From the NCBI GenBank assembly GCA_031367385.1, contig JANLPS010000526.1:1-32308 (forward strand): DNA of 32,308 nucleotides, written 5' to 3'. The stretch comes from Archangium sp. Lineage in GTDB: Bacteria > Myxococcota > Myxococcia > Myxococcales > Myxococcaceae. This document shows, one piece after another, positions 17,968 to 24,130 of the stretch. The position numbers and the translations under genes are program-made. Position 1 is the stretch's first letter. Each line of letters begins with the position of its first letter. The notes under the pieces are model-generated. The model ran no database searches. It had not been told where the DNA came from and was given only the letters and a program-made list of their open reading frames with translations.

Positions 17968-19797
17968 GTGCGGCCCAAGGCATCGCTTCTCGTGTCGGGC
18001 CTCGCCGCGCTCTCGGCGGTCTGGGTCGCGGGGCTGATATACGCGCTGGTCTGCCGGCCGCTCGCGACTGAAGACCTCTGGTGGCACATCAAGATGGGCG
18101 AGGTCTATTTCACCCAAGGCCTGTGGCCCGCGAGCGACCCGCTGCTGCACACCTCGAGCGCGGCGCCGATTCAGCACGAATGGTTGTTCGGCGTGCTGGT
18201 GTATCTGGTCTCGAACGCGCTCGGGCTCTTCGCCTTGCGCGTGCTGCACGGGGCGCTGCTGACCGCGGTGATCGCGTTGATCATCACCCTTGCTCGCCGC
18301 GCGACCGACTCTTTCGCCGCGGTGGCGCTGTCGCTGATTGTCTTTCTCGGGCTCTCCGAGGGTCGGTTGATGCAGCTGCGGCCCGACATGCCGACCATGG
18401 TCTTCGCGTTCGCGCTCGCCGCGCTGACCTGGGCCCACCCGATGCCGGTGACCGTTCGCCGCGGAGCCCTCGCCTGCGCCGCGCTGCTCGTCTGGGCCAA
18501 CATGCACTCGCTCTTCGCGGTCGGGCTCGGGCTGCTGGCGGCGGCGACGGTGGGCGCGCTGGTCGAAGATCGCTCCGGAGCCGTCGGCCCCCCACACGCC
18601 AAGCCCCTCGCGCTGACCCTCCTGGCCGGCTTTCTCATCACCCTGCTCAACCCGCGCGGCCTCGATCAGCACCTGACGTTTTTTCTCTCATCGAAGCACT
18701 CGGCCATCTGGTCGGTACCCGACGAGTGGACACCGTTCGACCCCTTCGATCGCCACTTCACCAGCAAGGTGACGTTGTTTTCATGGCTGTTCACCAACCT
18801 GACCTGCCTCGGCTTCGCGGCGGCGTTCATCGTGAATTACGCGAGGTTCAAGCGCTCGCCGTCGCCGCAGACGCTCGATGCCTTGGCGCCACGGCTGTTC
18901 TTGCCCGCCGCGGCCGCGTTGGCGTCGGTGTTCGTCTCGTTTCGCTTCTTGTGGCTCGTGGTGCTGCCATTTCTGTACGTGGTGCGCTCGGCGCGCTCTT
19001 CGAAATATCGGTTCGAGCCGTTCATAGCGCTCGCCTGCGCCGCGCTCGCGGCCTCGTTCATCGCCACGTCGGGCTGGGGCAACTTCATGGGCGACACCCC
19101 GAGCGTGAGAGAGGGGTATTTCTCGAAGGCCTACAACGACCAGCGCTACCCCGACCCGGGCGTGTTTTTTCTGCGAGACACCCAGGTCACCGGCAACCTC
19201 TTCAACCACTACACGTTGGGCGGGTACTTCGAGTACCGCCTCGCCCCGAGGCTCAAGGCGTTCATCGATGGTCGCACCGAGCACTACACCGCGCAGGTGA
19301 AGACCGATTCGCACCGAATCATGAACGGCGGGCAGGCCGAGCGGCTCGCGTTGCTCGATGCCTACGGCGTCAATGTCTTCTTCGCGTACGGAGGCGAGTA
19401 CAACCCGTACCCCTCGCGCCAAGACACGTTGCGCCTGATGAAAGACGCGCCGGGCTGGGTGCTGGTGTTTCGCTCGTTCGACCACGCGGTGTACCTGCGG
19501 CAGTCACCGCAGAACGAAGAGAACCTGCGCCGCATCGCCACGTACTTCGCAAACATCGGCATCGACTTCGATGCCACCACCGGGTTTCGGGTCGATCAGG
19601 TGCTGGCCAAAGCCCCCCGCTGGGCGGTGGAGCAACGCCTGGTGTCGGCCGACTACGAGCAGTTGGTGCTCGAAGCGACGTCTGGGGCCGCTCCGGCGCG
19701 GGAGGCGGCTCGGCGCCGGCTGTTCAAACTGTACGCGGCGCTCGATGATCGACCCGACCTGGACGCACTGCGAACGACTGACAAGACGCTGAAATAA
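17968..19797 (+). CDS. Multi-pass membrane protein, GT-C-like glycosyltransferase candidate
   Basis: EDLWWHIKMGE...DPLLHT...HEWLF first loop, about 10-11 TM segments, RP motif, WANMHS, LLNPRG, EWTP, soluble C-terminal domain with FIDGRTEHY. GTG start 17 bp after the previous gene. Confidence 0.7.
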   Translation: MRPKASLLVSGLAALSAVWVAGLIYALVCRPLATEDLWWHIKMGEVYFTQGLWPASDPLLHTSSAAPIQHEWLFGVLVYLVSNALGLFALRVLHGALLTAVIALIITLARRATDSFAAVALSLIVFLGLSEGRLMQLRPDMPTMVFAFALAALTWAHPMPVTVRRGALACAALLVWANMHSLFAVGLGLLAAATVGALVEDRSGAVGPPHAKPLALTLLAGFLITLLNPRGLDQHLTFFLSSKHSAIWSVPDEWTPFDPFDRHFTSKVTLFSWLFTNLTCLGFAAAFIVNYARFKRSPSPQTLDALAPRLFLPAAAALASVFVSFRFLWLVVLPFLYVVRSARSSKYRFEPFIALACAALAASFIATSGWGNFMGDTPSVREGYFSKAYNDQRYPDPGVFFLRDTQVTGNLFNHYTLGGYFEYRLAPRLKAFIDGRTEHYTAQVKTDSHRIMNGGQAERLALLDAYGVNVFFAYGGEYNPYPSRQDTLRLMKDAPGWVLVFRSFDHAVYLRQSPQNEENLRRIATYFANIGIDFDATTGFRVDQVLAKAPRWAVEQRLVSADYEQLVLEATSGAAPAREAARRRLFKLYAALDDRPDLDALRTTDKTLK

Positions 19798-19876
19798 CTG
19801 ATGTTTTCGGCGTCGAGGCAAATCGCTACGATGACCATTCTCTTTCGAGGTCGGTTGATGTACGCGCCTCGCCTTC

Positions 19877-21481
19877 ATGCGCTCACTCCCGGTGCTGGTG
19901 CTCTCGTCGTTGTTGTTCTCAACCGCCTGTGGCGTCGGCTCGCCGTCTGAGCAGACCACCGAGACCGACAAGCTGACGCAGCTCAAGCAGCGCGAGGCCT
20001 GGGCATCGCAAGACAACCCGGCGCTGTTCACCACGCAGCTCGACTACACGTTCGACACGCTGCCCTTGCAGGGCGAAGCCGCCAACGTGCCGTGGGCCGG
20101 CAGCTACTGGCCCACCTACCAAGACAACATCAACTACCAATGGGCCGGCTCGCAATCGAGCTCGCCCGCCAAGAAATACGAGCTCGCCTTCGGGGGCACG
20201 AACGTCGAAGACAAGGTCTCGGCGAACCACGGCATCGACGGCATGCGCTCACAGAAGGTCTGCAAAGAGACCAGCGAGTGCAACTCGGCGAAGAGCGAGA
20301 CCTGCGCCAAGCGTACCGGCAAAGAAGAAGGCCGCTGCATCCCCACCTGGTGGGGCATCTGCCACGCGTGGACGCCGGCCGCCATTCTGTTGCCCGAGCC
20401 CAAGCTGCCCGTGGTTCGCAACGGCGTGACCTTCGAGGTCGCTGACTTGAAGGCGCTGGGTTCGCTGGTGTTCAACTCGACCCGCACCAAGTTCGTCTCG
20501 CTGCGATGCAACAAAGACAGCAGCACCATTCGGCTCGACGAGTACGGCCGCCCCATCGAAGGCGACCGCGAGTGCCGCGACACCAACGCCGGCACCTACC
20601 ATGTGCTGCTCGCCAACTACCTCGGCAAGATGCGCCAGGCGTTCGCTGAAGATCGCATCGATGACCTCGAAGTGTGGAACCAGCCTTTGCGCGGTTACAA
20701 GGTCACCGAGAGCCGAGAAGTCAGCGGCGACGAGGCCAACCGCCTCGTCGGAGTGACCTCGAGCCCCGACGCCGGCACCGTCGCCTACAAGTTCAACTCG
20801 AGCGCCGTTCGCTTCGTCTCTGTGCGCCTCGAGGTTCGCTACATCACCGAAGCCTCGGCCTCGTCGGGCTACGTCGGCAACAACATCGATTGGTACACCC
20901 GCACCGACCGGTATCAGTACGTGCTCGAGCTCGACCGCCAGGGCAAGATCATCGGCGGCGAGTGGGTCGGCAGCAGCAAGTCGAACCACCCTGACTTCTT
21001 GTGGTTGCCGCTGGGGCCTTCGGGCAGCACGGTCGCCGGTGGAGCGATCTCGTTCGATACCGTCAAGGCCATGGTGCTCGAGTCGTCAGGCACCCAAGGC
21101 ACGCCGGGGCCGCAGGTCGAAGTGAGCGCGTCAGCGACCATCGCCAAAGACGAGTGGAAACACTTCGGCCCGTTCTCGACCTCGGTCGGGGCCATCACCG
21201 TCGACATGACGGGCACCGGCGACGCCGACCTCTATGTGCGCATGAATGGTCAGCCCACGTTCGAGCTCTACGATTGCCGACCCTATGGGTCAGACAGCGC
21301 CGAGAAGTGCGAGCTCAGCGGGCCCGGCCCGGTGTCGGTTTCGGTGCACGGCTATTCGGCGGCGGAGGTCGCGTTGAAGATTCGCTACGCCAGCGCGGTC
21401 GTTGATGCCGGCGTCCCCTCGCCCGGCGACGCAGGCACCCCTCGACGCGATGCAGGCACGGCCACGGACGCAGGCCGCTAA
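19877..21481 (+). CDS. Lipoprotein with GP42-type transglutaminase-elicitor domain, C-terminal PPC domain and DAG-repeat tail
   Basis: Lipobox STAC; PWAGSYWPTYQDNIN, CIPTWWGICHAW (Cys-His), VWNQPLRGYKVTE, IIGGEW...HPDFLW; PPC motif GTGDADLYVR..YDCRPY..EKC. Confidence 0.85.
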   Translation: MRSLPVLVLSSLLFSTACGVGSPSEQTTETDKLTQLKQREAWASQDNPALFTTQLDYTFDTLPLQGEAANVPWAGSYWPTYQDNINYQWAGSQSSSPAKKYELAFGGTNVEDKVSANHGIDGMRSQKVCKETSECNSAKSETCAKRTGKEEGRCIPTWWGICHAWTPAAILLPEPKLPVVRNGVTFEVADLKALGSLVFNSTRTKFVSLRCNKDSSTIRLDEYGRPIEGDRECRDTNAGTYHVLLANYLGKMRQAFAEDRIDDLEVWNQPLRGYKVTESREVSGDEANRLVGVTSSPDAGTVAYKFNSSAVRFVSVRLEVRYITEASASSGYVGNNIDWYTRTDRYQYVLELDRQGKIIGGEWVGSSKSNHPDFLWLPLGPSGSTVAGGAISFDTVKAMVLESSGTQGTPGPQVEVSASATIAKDEWKHFGPFSTSVGAITVDMTGTGDADLYVRMNGQPTFELYDCRPYGSDSAEKCELSGPGPVSVSVHGYSAAEVALKIRYASAVVDAGVPSPGDAGTPRRDAGTATDAGR

Positions 21482-21488
21482 CGGAGCC

Positions 21489-21515
21489 CCGTTCGCCCTG
21501 AGGGACTCGAAGGGC
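21489..21515. repeat. REP-like extragenic palindrome, copy 1
   Basis: CCGTTCGCCCTGAGGGACTCGAAGGGC; 22/27 identical to 26884-26910; folds as GCCCT-GAG...CTC-GA-AGGGC. Confidence 0.55.
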
Positions 21516-21560
21516 CGTCGCAACCAGGCGTACTCGTACGAGCCTGAAAACTCAGTAATT

Positions 21561-21620
21561 CATAGTCATAGATATAACATCAATAACTATCATAGTCATG
21601 ACTACAATAGTCGTGACTAT
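21561..21620. repeat. Four tandem 15-bp AT-rich units with palindromic consensus ATAGTCATGACTAT
   Basis: CATAGTCATAGATAT / AACATCAATAACTAT / CATAGTCATGACTAC / AATAGTCGTGACTAT at 21561, 21576, 21591 and 21606. Confidence 0.75.
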
Positions 21621-23044
21621 CGCGTCGGTCGCTTGAGCCCAAGCTTGGCCATTCGGTACACCACTGTTCGCCGGGGCATACCCAGGCGGGTCGCGGCAGC
21701 GGTCACATTCCACCGGGTTCTCGCCAGCGCCTCGAGCAGCAAATCGCGTTCGGCCGAGTGCAGGGCGCCGCGGTAATCATCAGCCGGCGCCTCCGCCGAC
21801 AAACGCAGCGGCAACGCGTCGCGACCGACCTCGTCGCGCACCGAGGCCTTCGCCGCCCAGAACATCACCGTTCGCAGCTCGCGCACGTTGCCCGGCCACC
21901 GCCAGGTCAGCAGCACCTGCCGAGCCTCGGGCCCCAGCACCAACCGCGGCCGGGCCAGGCGCACCCGGGCCTCCGACAAGAACTGCTCGGCCAGAGGCAT
22001 CACGTCTTCGCCACGCACGGCGAGCTCGGGCACTTCGATCACCGAGTCGAAGCCTGGCAGTACCCGTTCTGCGGTCGCCAACAGCCGATCGCCCGCCCGG
22101 GCCCGCACCGCCTCGAGCGCCGAGCGTTCGAGCAGCGACACGTCGCGAACGAGCAGCACCCCGGCCCCTTCGAGCGCCGCCTCGAGCGCTGGGCGATCGC
22201 TCGCATGCACCTCGAGCACCGGCACCGCCGCCAGCCTCGCCAACGTCGCGCGGCCACTGCCCGGAGGCCCGCAGACCAGCAGCGGCAGCCGCGACGTCGA
22301 CGCGATCGCCGCCAAGCGCACCATCACCGGGTCGACGAACACCGGCTCACGCGCCAGCGAGCCCGGCGCCAACCGCTCGAACGCCGCCTCCAGCATCGAC
22401 TGCGCGTCGAGCCCATCGCGCCCCGACACGGCCGTCACCACCTTCGCGCGGGGGCCCGCCACCTGGGGCAACTTCACCTCGAGTGCCTCGAGGGCCGCGG
22501 GCTCGAGCTCGGGCAGCACCGCGCCCAGCACATCGGGAGTCACCTCACCCCACGTCGCCACGATGCCCGCCGAGGCCACCTCGTCCATCACCCGGCGGGA
22601 AAGCACCTGCCGCGCGGCCACGTTGAGCGCCGGCACGTTCACCAACGCCAGCGCCACCAGCCGTCGCGCACCCGCCCGGGCGAGCTCATCGGCCAAGCGG
22701 GTCAGCAACGCGTCACCGCTGAGCAGCGTCGGCATCACCCACCGCGGCACCGAGTGCGCCACCAGCGTCAGCGACGAGTCACCCAGCGTCAGCGCGTCAC
22801 CAGCGCGCAACACCGTCGACCCGTTCAGGTGAACATCATTGAGCCGAACTTCCCCCGCTCCGCGAAGCAGCTCGACGACCACGCCGTCATCACGAACCGC
22901 GAGCGAGAGGTGCCGCTCAGAGACCGACGGGTCTTGCAAATCGATGCTCGCCACCTTGCTGCGCCCGACCACCCCCGGCCGGGTCGACGAGAGGTCGACG
23001 GGAAACGTGCGCTCGCGAGTCACGACCAGCAGCGACCAGCGCAC
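21617..23044 (-). CDS. FHA-domain, Fis-HTH transcriptional regulator with degenerate sigma54-activator AAA+ domain
   Basis: GTG start 2 bp after the plsY stop; FHA (VGRS...DPSVSERH..LND), GPPGSGRAT, WPGNVRELR, ALARTRWNVTAAATRLGMPRRTVVYRM; no GAFTGA. Confidence 0.8.
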   Translation of the reverse strand: MRWSLLVVTRERTFPVDLSSTRPGVVGRSKVASIDLQDPSVSERHLSLAVRDDGVVVELLRGAGEVRLNDVHLNGSTVLRAGDALTLGDSSLTLVAHSVPRWVMPTLLSGDALLTRLADELARAGARRLVALALVNVPALNVAARQVLSRRVMDEVASAGIVATWGEVTPDVLGAVLPELEPAALEALEVKLPQVAGPRAKVVTAVSGRDGLDAQSMLEAAFERLAPGSLAREPVFVDPVMVRLAAIASTSRLPLLVCGPPGSGRATLARLAAVPVLEVHASDRPALEAALEGAGVLLVRDVSLLERSALEAVRARAGDRLLATAERVLPGFDSVIEVPELAVRGEDVMPLAEQFLSEARVRLARPRLVLGPEARQVLLTWRWPGNVRELRTVMFWAAKASVRDEVGRDALPLRLSAEAPADDYRGALHSAERDLLLEALARTRWNVTAAATRLGMPRRTVVYRMAKLGLKRPTR

Positions 23045-23046
23045 GG

Positions 23047-23625
23047 CTAAACCTTGTTCTCGCGGCCTTGCCGCATGCGCTGAATGTTCGAGCGGTGGGT
23101 GAACAGCATCGCCAGCAGCAACGCCACCCCCAGCAGCGGGTACTCCACCGGGGCGCCTTGAAAAAAGCCCGCCACGATCGCGCACGTGCCGCCGACCAGC
23201 GAGCCCACCGAGCTGACCCGAAACACCGCCACGATGACCGCCCACACCACGAACCCCACCAGCGCCGACCAGGGCAACAGCACCACCAACACGCCCAGCG
23301 CCGTGGCGACCCCCTTGCCCCCCTTGAACCGCAACCACACGGGGAACACGTGCCCCACGAACGCCGCGAACCCGACCAGCACGTGCACCACCGGCAGCTC
23401 GGGCACGAGCCACCTCGACAGCACCACCGGCAACGCACCTTTCGCGGCGTCGAGCAGCAGCACCAGCGCGCCGATCTTCTTGCCGGCCACGCGAGCGACG
23501 TTGGTCGCTCCGATGTTGCCGCTGCCTTCGCTGCGCACGTCTTTGCCCGTCAGCGCGCGAGCGACGATGACCCCGAACGGCACCGAACCACACAGGTACC
23601 CGGCCAACACCAGCAGCGCGCTCAC
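23047..23625 (-). CDS. plsY: Glycerol-3-phosphate acyltransferase PlsY
   Basis: YLCGSVPFG, GSGNIGATNVAR, DAAKG, GHVFPVWLRFKGGKGVAT, HRSNIQR. Confidence 0.95.
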   Translation of the reverse strand: MSALLVLAGYLCGSVPFGVIVARALTGKDVRSEGSGNIGATNVARVAGKKIGALVLLLDAAKGALPVVLSRWLVPELPVVHVLVGFAAFVGHVFPVWLRFKGGKGVATALGVLVVLLPWSALVGFVVWAVIVAVFRVSSVGSLVGGTCAIVAGFFQGAPVEYPLLGVALLLAMLFTHRSNIQRMRQGRENKV

Positions 23626-24050
23626 CGCAGCCCCAGGTACCGGTACCCGATGACGACGAAGGCGTAATTCGCGAGCAACAACACGCCCACGCCCCAGCGC
23701 GCGCGCCGCGACTCACGCTCGTCGAGCTGAAGCTCGGGCATCGGCACGGCGAACACCAGGTGCACGAGGGTCAACACCACCGCCACCGCGAACAAGAAGG
23801 CGGCCACCGTGCCCACCGGGTTCGCCTCGAGCGCCCGCAGCCAGTGCAGATGCGCGAAGCGGTCAGCCGCGCGGGTCAGCCCGCACCCCGGGCAGGGAAA
23901 ACCGGTCAGCTGCCGAAACGAGCACCCCCAGAACGGTATCAACCGTGCGACCGGCACGAAGCGGGCGATCAACAAGCCCACCAGGCCGATCACGCCCATC
24001 GCATCGAGCGCACCGAAGCTTCGATTTCGCGGAGGAACGATGACCTTCAT
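23622..24050 (-). CDS. DUF2752-family membrane protein
   Basis: CSFRQLTGFPCPGCGLTRA...ANP motif with 3 TM segments; GTGA overlap with plsY. Start placed at MKVIVPP. Confidence 0.85.
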   Translation of the reverse strand: MKVIVPPRNRSFGALDAMGVIGLVGLLIARFVPVARLIPFWGCSFRQLTGFPCPGCGLTRAADRFAHLHWLRALEANPVGTVAAFLFAVAVVLTLVHLVFAVPMPELQLDERESRRARWGVGVLLLANYAFVVIGYRYLGLR

Positions 24051-24130
24051 GGGACAAGGCTGAAGCTGTACGCCAACGCCCCCCAATTCGCCAGCGCGCG
24101 CGCCCGGCCGTCGTGGCATATGCGCAGGCG

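Noticed and set aside
16631..17983. 450-aa minus-strand ORF
   Set aside because: Antisense shadow of two translationally coupled plus-strand genes.
18081..19748. 555-aa alternative-frame ORF inside the GT-C-like gene
   Set aside because: Arg/Ala-rich off-frame translation; the 609-aa frame has the coherent TM pattern and codon bias.
21561..21620. CRISPR array or dif site
   Set aside because: Units are 15 bp and contiguous with no spacers or cas genes, and there is no match to XerC/XerD arms.
21758..23050. 430-aa and 314-aa plus-strand ORFs
   Set aside because: Antisense shadows of the FHA regulator with low-complexity composition.
23045..23716. N-terminal extension of the 699-aa ORF
   Set aside because: It overlaps plsY in another frame; the real start is the GTG at 23044. 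The ORF-track extensions of pilT, pilB, ribF, trmB and the anti-sigma gene were trimmed for the same reason.
24113..24130. sigma54 promoter before the Hsp70 gene (TGGCATATGCGCAGGC)
   Set aside because: Spacing gives GG-N11-GC rather than N10, and it lies too close to the ATG.
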